64,000 bases of DNA, taken from IMG/VR virus record IMGVR_UViG_3300028792_000003, positions 27,794-91,793 of that record. One strand, given 5' to 3'. Shown piece after piece: positions 48,185 through 56,821 of this stretch. This stretch comes from a virus (taxonomy: Duplodnaviria; Caudoviricetes). The notes beneath the pieces are model-generated. The model did not search any database, had not been told where the DNA came from, and was given only the letters and a program-made list of their open reading frames with translations. Within the stretch, counting starts at the first letter, position 1. Each line of letters opens with the position of its first letter. Position numbers and translations under genes: made by a program.

Positions 48185-49138
48185 ATGAGCGGCATCGTAG
48201 TTCCGCAGAAGACCACCGCTCTGATCGAGCAGGCCCAAGACATCATCCAGCAGAAGGTGGCGGGGGAGTTTTCCACCCGCACTCGCCGGGTGCCGCTCTA
48301 TCTGCACGACGGCAGCGACGTGAAGTGCCTTGCTCATGTGCAGGCCATGATGGGCGTGGACCGGATCACGGCTGCCATGTACTGCGCAGAGCAGAAGTCA
48401 AGAATGCCGTTCGTCTTGGGGGTGGAAAGCAAGTCAGTGCTGATGGAGGCTGGCCACCTGGAGGAGAAGGCAGTCCGTCACGTCCGGGACGCGGGCTACT
48501 GGGGCAAGCCGGTGGGAACCATCATCATCGGCGACTCTGGTGGCAAGGGCGGCAGCACCCTGGACAACCTGAAGTTCGTGGAGTCCCCCTACAAGGGCTG
48601 GGACACGGTGGCAGCCAAGGACGGCACCCAGTTCGAGGTCGGCTACGACGACAGCACCAGCAGTTGGGTGGCAGCCCGGATGCCCGGTGGCTGGGACGAT
48701 GTTGTCGTGGAGGGAGCCAAGACCAAGGACGACGCGCTGAAGAAGTTGAACTCGGTGGCAGGCAAGAGCCACGGTACTGCCAGCACCCAGACCCCGGCAG
48801 ACGCGTCCCAGGCCGGGAGATCGGCTCCTGTGGCTTCTAGTGATGCTTTCCGGGACAGCCTGAACCCCAAGGGGCAGTGGGCCTACGACCGACAGGTCAG
48901 GCTGGGCAACTCTGTGCAGGACGCCCGAGCCGAAGGTCAGCGGATGCACGACATCGGTGAAGAAGGCCAACAGGTAGCGAATGGCCAGCGAGCAGAAGCC
49001 CTGAAGCGCATCTTCTCGAAGTTGGATGGCTGGAAGCACTACACACGTGAGAACCTGAAGGACATGCCGTACCGGTTGCTGCAACAACTGGAGCAGGCGT
49101 ACGACAACGAGCACCGGAGTAGTGGGGGCAAACGATGA
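48185..49138 (+). CDS. head-module protein carrying the shared VRHV tag and ~70-aa repeat domain
   Basis: EKAVRHVRDAGYWGKPVGTII...GWD...EVGYDDST..WVA..GGWDDVVV. Confidence 0.75.
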   Translation: MSGIVVPQKTTALIEQAQDIIQQKVAGEFSTRTRRVPLYLHDGSDVKCLAHVQAMMGVDRITAAMYCAEQKSRMPFVLGVESKSVLMEAGHLEEKAVRHVRDAGYWGKPVGTIIIGDSGGKGGSTLDNLKFVESPYKGWDTVAAKDGTQFEVGYDDSTSSWVAARMPGGWDDVVVEGAKTKDDALKKLNSVAGKSHGTASTQTPADASQAGRSAPVASSDAFRDSLNPKGQWAYDRQVRLGNSVQDARAEGQRMHDIGEEGQQVANGQRAEALKRIFSKLDGWKHYTRENLKDMPYRLLQQLEQAYDNEHRSSGGKR

Positions 49139-51000
49139 CACTGATCATGCTGGAGGAACTGGACCACCTGGAACTGAAGGCAGTCCGGAAGGTCCGCACT
49201 CCTGGTGGCGCGAAGAAGTACGGGCAGGAGATCGGGACGATCATCGTGGCCGATGGAAAGCCGCCGCTGAAGAACCTGAAGATCGCTCCCAAGGGCGAGT
49301 ACGTCGGCTGGGACTTGGTGCACGGCTCGGACGGGAAGCAGTACGACGTCGGCATGGACGAGACCACCGGTCACTGGGTAGCCACCCGGGCCGGTTCGTG
49401 GGACGACATCGCGGTGGACAACGCCAGCAGCGAGGAAGAGGTCTACACGCTGCTGGACAAGGCGGTAGGCACCGGCAAGCGCCGGAAGGGAGACACTCTG
49501 CTCGGGTCGCACAGCAAGTACGACACCGAACGAGACCGCACCAAGGGCCGCAAGCACATGCAGACGCAGCGGGACCAGGCCAAGGACAAGTACGGCGACC
49601 GCAGGAAGGCGGGCTACGACAAGTTCGTCTCCGCCGCGATCATCAACTACGACAAGGCAGTCAAGGACGGCGACTACGCTCAGGCGCAGGACTGGCTGGA
49701 CAAGATGTTCGAGTCGATCAAGGCCCGGCACCGTCAGGACCAACTGCGAGCGGATGCTGCACTACAGGACAGCGCGAACAGGAACAACAGCAAGAAAGGC
49801 CCTATGAGCGTCACGCAGGTGCAGGAGCGCGCTGCGCAGATGCTGGCCGACCTGCAAGAGTCCTCCGTGTTCCAGAAGCACAAGGCCCAGATGGAGGCCC
49901 ACGACAAGAAGAAGCGCGACGGACTGGCCCGCAGAGTGGACGCGCTGAAGAAGTACACTGACGAGGGTCCGGGCTACGACCGGGACATCGCGGGCAACAT
50001 CAGCCGCTACCACGAAGAGATGGCCAACCTTGCCGGTGCTGATGGTCCGACCGCACGCAACGAGGTGATCAGCAACGCACAGGTTCACCTGCAACGTGCA
50101 GAGCGACGGGCAGATGCCAAGCGCAACACCGGCATCGTGCAGCACTCGCCGGTAGGACAGCCGGAGAAGGACAAGACGTCCAACAAGAAGCCCACTCCGG
50201 GGCAGGAAGGCTCGTCCGTCACCATCGGCGGGATGAAGGTCACGGTCACTCGGTCTGCCAGGCGGGACGCTCACGGGATGACCGACATCGGGATGCATTA
50301 CCTGGACCGCGACTACGACGTGCAGATGCCGTCGTACCAGGCCGGGAAGGCCAGCAAGATCACGGTCACCGATCCGACCAGCGGCAAGCAGGAGGAAGGC
50401 TTCCTGCCGCCCCGTGAAGAGGCAGGCGCTACCCCGGCAGATCGAGCCCAGCACGCCAACAGCCTGCTGGCCGGGATCATCAAGCGGCTGCACGGCAAGT
50501 TGGGAGACTCGCCCAACACGGCACGCAGGGGCATGCTCCAGAAGGGCAGTGCTGTACTCAGCACGCCGAACGACGACAAGAACAGCCTTTCCGGAGCGGA
50601 CCGGCAGAAGTTCCAGACCCTGAAGCGGCACCTGGACCTGGCCATCGCCACCAACGACGGAGAGCGTGCAGCAGCGGTGCTGGACCTGCTGGACGAGACA
50701 CTGTCCGACTCGGGGGTGGACAAGAAGCACGACACCCGGAAGCAGATCGAGAGGTTGCAGGACGCGACCAAGTACATGACGCAGCATCCGACCCTCAGCC
50801 TGGACCGTCCGATGACCAACAACGACCTGGCCGGGCAGGAGTCCTGGGTGCTCCAGAAGTTCCTTGCTGCCAGCGAGTCGGAACTCGCTGACGTTGCCGG
50901 GTCGAAACGAAAGGCGGATGTCGCACGGGCTGAGACACTGAAAGCCAACATCAGCCGGACCCAGCACACGCTGGCCAGCAGCACCGCCAACCAGCAGTAA
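49135..51000 (+). CDS. head-module protein carrying the shared VRKV tag and ~70-aa repeat domain, large unknown C-terminus
   Basis: LKAVRKVRTPGGAKKYGQEIGTIIVADGK...GWD...DVGMDETT..WVA..GSWDDIAV. Confidence 0.75.
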   Translation: MTLIMLEELDHLELKAVRKVRTPGGAKKYGQEIGTIIVADGKPPLKNLKIAPKGEYVGWDLVHGSDGKQYDVGMDETTGHWVATRAGSWDDIAVDNASSEEEVYTLLDKAVGTGKRRKGDTLLGSHSKYDTERDRTKGRKHMQTQRDQAKDKYGDRRKAGYDKFVSAAIINYDKAVKDGDYAQAQDWLDKMFESIKARHRQDQLRADAALQDSANRNNSKKGPMSVTQVQERAAQMLADLQESSVFQKHKAQMEAHDKKKRDGLARRVDALKKYTDEGPGYDRDIAGNISRYHEEMANLAGADGPTARNEVISNAQVHLQRAERRADAKRNTGIVQHSPVGQPEKDKTSNKKPTPGQEGSSVTIGGMKVTVTRSARRDAHGMTDIGMHYLDRDYDVQMPSYQAGKASKITVTDPTSGKQEEGFLPPREEAGATPADRAQHANSLLAGIIKRLHGKLGDSPNTARRGMLQKGSAVLSTPNDDKNSLSGADRQKFQTLKRHLDLAIATNDGERAAAVLDLLDETLSDSGVDKKHDTRKQIERLQDATKYMTQHPTLSLDRPMTNNDLAGQESWVLQKFLAASESELADVAGSKRKADVARAETLKANISRTQHTLASSTANQQ

Positions 51001-51015
51001 CGGGAGAGACAGACC

Positions 51016-51303
51016 ATGCCACTCACCACTAAGCACTGGTACGTGAACGGCGATACCGTCACGCCCGTGAACTGGTCCACCGCCGTGGTGAACGGCGTGG
51101 CCACTATCGACATTGACGAGATCACTCTGCGCAGCGACCAGGCGCACCCGGACCGCTGGAACTGGGCGAACAAGAACACCCAGGTGCCCGGCAGCGCAGT
51201 GACACAGGCTCAGGCACTTCAGGACGGCGGGGCGGTGCCGCAGGAGCGCTTCCCCGGCAGTGCCCCGGGCAAGTTCGCCACCCCCGCCATCACGGTCGCC
51301 TGA
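51016..51303 (+). CDS. hypothetical protein, probably virion-associated
   Basis: GGAG RBS; ends PAITVA, similar to the PPITVT end of 63049-63660. Confidence 0.6.
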   Translation: MPLTTKHWYVNGDTVTPVNWSTAVVNGVATIDIDEITLRSDQAHPDRWNWANKNTQVPGSAVTQAQALQDGGAVPQERFPGSAPGKFATPAITVA

Positions 51304-51356
51304 CCGGTCAACCAACCAGCAGCCAGTACCAGCCCCAGTAGAGGAAGAGAAACGTC

Positions 51357-53021
51357 ATGGGCATCTTGGACGCACCGGGCAGGACACTCGCGGTGAACAG
51401 CACCGTCAGTACGGACGGCACCCTCGCGGTGAACAGGCACAACCCGGTGGACGCTTCTGCCAGTAACCGGACGATGACTCTTCCGGATGCCACGGGCGGC
51501 GGTCAGACCGTGATCGTCAGCAAGAAGGACAGCACGTCCAACACTGTCACGATCAACGTGGCGCACCTCCGGGACAACGGTGCCGGGACGGTCACGCTGG
51601 ACTACCAGTTCGAGTCGCTGGAGTTCCTGAGCAAGTCGGACGGCACGTGGTGGCCGATTGCAGGCCACAAGACGAAGGCGCAACTATCGGCCACATTTGC
51701 CACGGTCGCCGGACTCCAGAAGAACACCCGCAAGATCGTCGGCTACGAGTCCCTTGTGGCCGCGCTCTCTGAGGCCCAGGACGACGTGGCGGTCGGACTC
51801 GTTGGGGATTCCACCGGGGACGCGGTGGATGAGTGGTTCTACCTGTTCGGCCAGTACCTGGCAACCACCAACCCGGCGTACACCGCCAAGCACCGGGCCT
51901 GGTCCGACTCCACGCAGAAGTTAGCCGCTCCGACCACCTACCAGACCGGCACGGGCGGCGTTCAGCGCGCGGTCGTGATGGCCCCCTCGGGCATCACTGG
52001 TGGCGTCGGCTTCGCGGGGCCGAACGTGATCACCGACCTCGACGTGGCGATCTATTGCAAGCCCGGCACCTGGCGCTCGGGCACCCAGACGTTTGTGTCC
52101 AAGTTCAGCACCTCGGGCACCGATCGGTCGTTCCGGTTCCAGATCAACAGCACCGGCAATCTCGTCTTCGACTGGACCGCGGACGGCACCACCATCCAGA
52201 CTGCCGCGAACTCCGGCACCACGGTCCCGTTCGCGGACGGAACCGCAGGGTGGGTCCGGGTCGTCCTCGATGTGGACAACGGCACCGGCGGGCACGCCAT
52301 CATGTTCTACACGTCCACCGATGGCCTCACCTGGACCCAACTCGGGTCCACCGTCACCCGAACCGGCACCACAACCAGCGTGTTCGCGTCCACCTACGCC
52401 TACGAACTCGGCGTCCGCTCGGGCGGCTCCGAGCCCCTGTACGGGGCACGCATCTACGAGGTGGAGATCCGCGACGGCATCGACGGACCCACCATTGCAC
52501 CCCGGCTGGCAACCCTGTGGAACCGAGGCGTCGGCACGGGCGTCCCGACCATCGAAGGTGCTCCGGTGCTGACGATGGTCAACGGGTCCATGCCCGGCGC
52601 GGCCACGTCGTACCTGAACGACCCGGTGCGCTACAAGCGGATGACCCCCGACTACGGCCAGGCGGTCGTGTTCTTCTCCGACTCCCACAACGAGCAGAAC
52701 ACGGTCGGGCAGGCGTGGATCACGCTGCTGTCCTCATGGGTGACCAACGTGCTCGGTCGGCTGCCGATGGCCGCCCCGGTGCTGCTCACCCAGAACCCGC
52801 GCTACAGCCCGACGACGTTCATCGACTCCCACGCCAAGCGGCGCAGGCAGACCATCGGCTGGGCACGGCAGAAGGGCTACTCCGTCATCGACACCTATCA
52901 GGCGTTCCTCGATGACGGACGCGGCGCGGCGCTCATCAACATCGACGGTATCCACCCGACCCAGGTCCCCAACGGCGGGCAGGCCGTGTGGCTCAACGCC
53001 ATCAAGGCCCCGCTGCTCTGA
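51357..53021 (+). CDS. virion-associated SGNH/GDSL hydrolase with inserted LamG/concanavalin-like beta-sandwich
   Basis: VGDSTG block I and DGIHP block V separated by a Thr/Gly-rich beta region. Confidence 0.7.
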   Translation: MGILDAPGRTLAVNSTVSTDGTLAVNRHNPVDASASNRTMTLPDATGGGQTVIVSKKDSTSNTVTINVAHLRDNGAGTVTLDYQFESLEFLSKSDGTWWPIAGHKTKAQLSATFATVAGLQKNTRKIVGYESLVAALSEAQDDVAVGLVGDSTGDAVDEWFYLFGQYLATTNPAYTAKHRAWSDSTQKLAAPTTYQTGTGGVQRAVVMAPSGITGGVGFAGPNVITDLDVAIYCKPGTWRSGTQTFVSKFSTSGTDRSFRFQINSTGNLVFDWTADGTTIQTAANSGTTVPFADGTAGWVRVVLDVDNGTGGHAIMFYTSTDGLTWTQLGSTVTRTGTTTSVFASTYAYELGVRSGGSEPLYGARIYEVEIRDGIDGPTIAPRLATLWNRGVGTGVPTIEGAPVLTMVNGSMPGAATSYLNDPVRYKRMTPDYGQAVVFFSDSHNEQNTVGQAWITLLSSWVTNVLGRLPMAAPVLLTQNPRYSPTTFIDSHAKRRRQTIGWARQKGYSVIDTYQAFLDDGRGAALINIDGIHPTQVPNGGQAVWLNAIKAPLL

Positions 53022-53112
53022 CTGCCCCACTTCGCCCGCATAGTGCTAGGTAAGAACTAACTAGCACCAGCGTCAATTGGGGCAGTCTGAACTGGCAGTG
53101 ACAGCACAGGAA

Positions 53113-53147
53113 CAGAGCGACTCGTGTCCAGCACACGGGTCGTTCTG
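53113..53147 (+). terminator. 15-bp hairpin in intergenic gap
   Basis: cagagcgactcgtgt/acacgggtcgttctg. Confidence 0.5.
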
Positions 53148-53219
53148 CTCTTCCCGTGAGACCCTGCACACGACGGACCATCTGACTTGCCTGACCTGCA
53201 CCCGATCAGGGAGAACCAC

Positions 53220-56200
53220 ATGAACATCGCTGCACGGGCGATTGCAGCCACGAAGAGCCTGTCCCCGGTGTCTGGGGTCAACGGCACCCTGGAACGCCCG
53301 CAGAACGGCGCTGACGGATCGGCAGAACGCTCTGCTGGTCTGCTGCCGCCGCCTGCCAGCGACCTGGACGGGTTCGCGGTGATGCTGATCCCGCAGGACG
53401 ACGACGCAGCGGACATCGCTCCGTTCTGCGCGGTGGACCCGTCCGACCTGCACACGACGCTGGTCTACTACGGCGACGCCGCTCAGTACAAGGGTCAGTG
53501 GACGGGTGACCTGCTGGCCAAGGTACTACAGGCTGTTGCACTTGTGCAGGAGCCGATCCAGGCAGTGCTGGGCGGGGTGATCAGGTTCTCTGGCAAGCCG
53601 GGTGGTAACGACCCCATCGTGTTCAGCGTGGACAGCAAGGATCTGTCTGTCTTCCGGCAGGCAGTTCTCGACCGGCTCGCTGACGAGTGCAGTATCACCG
53701 AGCAGACGGAGCACGGGTTCACGCCGCACATGACGATGGGCTACTTGCCGCACGACGAGTCGCTGCAACTCAACGGCTGGAAGCCCAGGAAGATCGTCTT
53801 CGACCGGGTGCGGGTCGGGTTTGGCAAGGACCAGTACGACGTCTACTTGGGCGAGGGTTGGGGCGACAAGTCCGTCCGGCACGTGTCCAGTGCTGCGGGA
53901 GTACGCCGGTACAACCTCCCCATCGGCAGCGTGATCGGCTCTGACGGACCGCAGGTTCTGCCGCTGGACATCGAAGAGCCCGACCCGAAGTTGAACAAGC
54001 CTCGTGACATGGCCCGGATCAGCAAGCGACCCGACGTGGCCGACGCAAGGACCGAGTACAGCCACATGCAGGCCCAGTTCGAGACGTTGCAAGAGCGCGA
54101 CGACGAGTACTGGAGCAGCACGGACAAGAACTCGTACACGGACTCGCCGTCCGCGAAGTTCTACCGGGACTACGGGTTCACGCACGAAGACACGCAGTAC
54201 AACGACTCCGGCCTTGCTGGTGCCGTTGCCCAGGGGCCGTGGGCCGGGTTCGGAGCCTGTAAGGCGATCCGGCAGTCCGCGTACGACATGCTGGGGTTCA
54301 AGTCCACGAACCAGTCAGAGACGCGCGGTGACGCGCACATCCACACTGCTGCGCCGTCATGGGGAGCGGGTGCGGGAGTGAACAACCCTGCCCTGCACGC
54401 CTACGCGCTGATGATGGGAGTGCGGGACGGCGACAGGTTCCACCAGCCGCTGTACCGGGGAGTGACGGTTCCGGACAGTGCCGGGTTCGTCAAGAAGTTG
54501 AAGGAGGGGGACACCTTCGACATGCCGCTGGTGTCTTTCGCCAACGACCGGGGCACCAGCGCTCGCTTCGGCACCGACGTCACGTTCGTCTTGCAGTCGG
54601 GTGCTCGTGCTGTCGAGGGTGGAGTGATGGGCCTGCCGACGGACGACCCGCGCCACCACGACTGGGTAAACGGGATGCTGGAAGATGACGACTTCCGGGA
54701 GTACGTCTCCGGTGGCAGGTTCAGGATCACCGGCATCCGGCCCAACAGCAACGGCTACACAGTGCTGATCAAGCAGATAGGAGTGTTCGACCCGCAGACT
54801 GCCGTCCTGACTAAGACAGACGGTGCAGGCAAGTATGTGCAGCCGAACTTCTCCTGGATGTTCGACACCGCGCTGGCACTGCCGAAGCCGAAGAAGAAGC
54901 AGGCTGGAAACCAGGAGAAGGCAGCCCTGCTGGTGTGCAAGGACTGTGGCAAGACCTATGCGGCGGACAGTCAGGAGGAGATCGACGCGCACCGGGCTCT
55001 GCATGACGATAAGCAGGAGCACAAGGACGTCTACAACGGGATGCCTGGCCTGCCGATGAAGCGCAAGCCGAAGCGCCCGAAGATCGTCCAGCGCACGCCG
55101 TCTGCACTCAGGACGCGGGCCAGCACCCATGTAGCCCGGAACATCACCAGCGAGAAGAAGGACGGCGCTCTTGACTTGGTTGCTCGTGCTCTGGCCGTAG
55201 AACTGAAGACGGTCAGGCATGTGGCCACTCAGGCTGGAGCCAAGCGGTTCGGTCAGCCCATCGGCACCATCATCGTCGCGGACGGCAAGACTCCGCTACC
55301 CAACCTGTCGATCAGCAAGAAGCCCGCGTACGACGGCTGGACCAACATCGACGGCACGGACGGCAAGACCTACGAGGTGGGTCACGACGACAGCACCGAC
55401 TCTTGGGTCGCCTGCGGTCCCGGTGGCTGGGACGACGTGGTGGTGGACCGTGCCAAGTCTGAGGACGATGCTCTGCGGAAGTTGGACGCCTACGTCAAGA
55501 AGCAGCCGCAGAAGAAGACTCCGCTGAAGCCGAAGACGACCGTTGCCAAGAGCAGTACTGGCAACAAGAAGCCGGTGGGTACGGCCAAGGCTCGTGCGGC
55601 TGCGGGAACCGGCTACAAGCGCGTGGGCAAGGGGTTGGATGTCCAGGGAGAGAACAACAACATCCCCTACGGCAACGCACCCGCAGAGGAACGCAAGCGC
55701 AGGATTCCTCCGGGCACCAGGACGTTGCGCAAGTACACCGACAAGAGTCCCGAGGCCGCTGCCTTCCGGAAGAAGTACGGAATCCCGCCCGCCTACAAGA
55801 CGTTCTGGATCAACGAATCGCGGGACGAGAGCGCTCCCGACAGTCAGTACGACGGCCTCGTCTTCATCGGCTACGACGAGTTCAAGAAGAAGGATCAGTT
55901 CGTCTTCTCGTCCCGGCACTGGGACCGGCAGGACGGGAAGAAGTTCGGAACCAGCAACGATCCCGACGCCGCAGAACTGAGCAACGTGCCGGTGCTGCTG
56001 AAGAACCGGACCCGGGTGCTGAACGTGCTGAAGAAGGATGCACAGTCCAGCGATCCCAAGAAGCGAGCCGCAGCACGCGCACTGCTGGTGCAGGCCATGA
56101 CCGGCATGCGGATCGGCGCGGAGCACAAGAAGGGCGAGCGTGCCATCGACAGGCGGTACGGGGCGTCCACCCTGGAGGCACGACACGTCACCGTCAACAA

Positions 56201-56690
56201 GAACAGCGTGACGTTCAACTTCATGGCCAAGGGCAATCACCCTCGCTTCGATGACGCGGGCCAGCCGATCCTGAACCCGAACGGGAAGAACATCTGGCCG
56301 GGCAAGCCCTACAAGGTGCGGATCACGGACAAGACACTCGTTGACCTGATGACTGACGAACTGGACTCGAAGGCACGCAACGACAGGCTGTTCCAGGCAT
56401 CCGCCAGCCAGGCCAACGACTACTTCCGCGACGTGCAGAAGCAACTCAAACTGTCGGGCGACCTGACGTCGCACAACTTCCGGCACGTCAAAGCGACGAT
56501 GGTCGCCCTGTCTGAGATCGACAAGATGACCAAGCCGAAGACAGAGGCCGACTTCATCAAGAAGCAGCGGGAGGTGTGCGAGCGAGTAGGTGCGGTGATC
56601 AACGACAGTTGGGATGTTGCTCGGCGGTCGTACATCATGCACAGCGTGTGGCAGGCATGGACCAACGGAACCGACTGGAAGGCGCTCTGA
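53220..56690 (+). CDS. polyvalent protein: 2H phosphoesterase + ADP-ribosyltransferase + C2H2-like finger + repeat domain + DNA topoisomerase IB
   Basis: LHTTL/PHMTM; LYRG...VSF...REYV; CKDC...H...H; IPPAY..WI, GMRIG, YGASTLEARHV, F.AKG, SHNFR, ARRSYI. Confidence 0.85.
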   Translation: MNIAARAIAATKSLSPVSGVNGTLERPQNGADGSAERSAGLLPPPASDLDGFAVMLIPQDDDAADIAPFCAVDPSDLHTTLVYYGDAAQYKGQWTGDLLAKVLQAVALVQEPIQAVLGGVIRFSGKPGGNDPIVFSVDSKDLSVFRQAVLDRLADECSITEQTEHGFTPHMTMGYLPHDESLQLNGWKPRKIVFDRVRVGFGKDQYDVYLGEGWGDKSVRHVSSAAGVRRYNLPIGSVIGSDGPQVLPLDIEEPDPKLNKPRDMARISKRPDVADARTEYSHMQAQFETLQERDDEYWSSTDKNSYTDSPSAKFYRDYGFTHEDTQYNDSGLAGAVAQGPWAGFGACKAIRQSAYDMLGFKSTNQSETRGDAHIHTAAPSWGAGAGVNNPALHAYALMMGVRDGDRFHQPLYRGVTVPDSAGFVKKLKEGDTFDMPLVSFANDRGTSARFGTDVTFVLQSGARAVEGGVMGLPTDDPRHHDWVNGMLEDDDFREYVSGGRFRITGIRPNSNGYTVLIKQIGVFDPQTAVLTKTDGAGKYVQPNFSWMFDTALALPKPKKKQAGNQEKAALLVCKDCGKTYAADSQEEIDAHRALHDDKQEHKDVYNGMPGLPMKRKPKRPKIVQRTPSALRTRASTHVARNITSEKKDGALDLVARALAVELKTVRHVATQAGAKRFGQPIGTIIVADGKTPLPNLSISKKPAYDGWTNIDGTDGKTYEVGHDDSTDSWVACGPGGWDDVVVDRAKSEDDALRKLDAYVKKQPQKKTPLKPKTTVAKSSTGNKKPVGTAKARAAAGTGYKRVGKGLDVQGENNNIPYGNAPAEERKRRIPPGTRTLRKYTDKSPEAAAFRKKYGIPPAYKTFWINESRDESAPDSQYDGLVFIGYDEFKKKDQFVFSSRHWDRQDGKKFGTSNDPDAAELSNVPVLLKNRTRVLNVLKKDAQSSDPKKRAAARALLVQAMTGMRIGAEHKKGERAIDRRYGASTLEARHVTVNKNSVTFNFMAKGNHPRFDDAGQPILNPNGKNIWPGKPYKVRITDKTLVDLMTDELDSKARNDRLFQASASQANDYFRDVQKQLKLSGDLTSHNFRHVKATMVALSEIDKMTKPKTEADFIKKQREVCERVGAVINDSWDVARRSYIMHSVWQAWTNGTDWKAL

Positions 56691-56692
56691 TC

Positions 56693-56821
56693 ATGGGCTA
56701 CGTCGAAGATACGGACATCGCAGACGTGCAGGACGTTGCAGTAGTAGACGTCCCGACCGAAAAAGAAGAGGCTGCCCTGACGGTCAAGTACGGCCACCTG
56801 CTAGGACTGAACGATGCCTAG
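56693..56821 (+). CDS. small acidic protein
   Basis: fills the gap between the polyprotein and the protease gene. Confidence 0.4.
   Translation: MGYVEDTDIADVQDVAVVDVPTEKEEAALTVKYGHLLGLNDA

Noticed and set aside
55700-56690. Tyrosine integrase call for the C-terminal domain
   Set aside because: IPPAY..WI, YGASTL..RHV, F.AKG and RSYI match TopIB better; no att site or lysogeny module in the window
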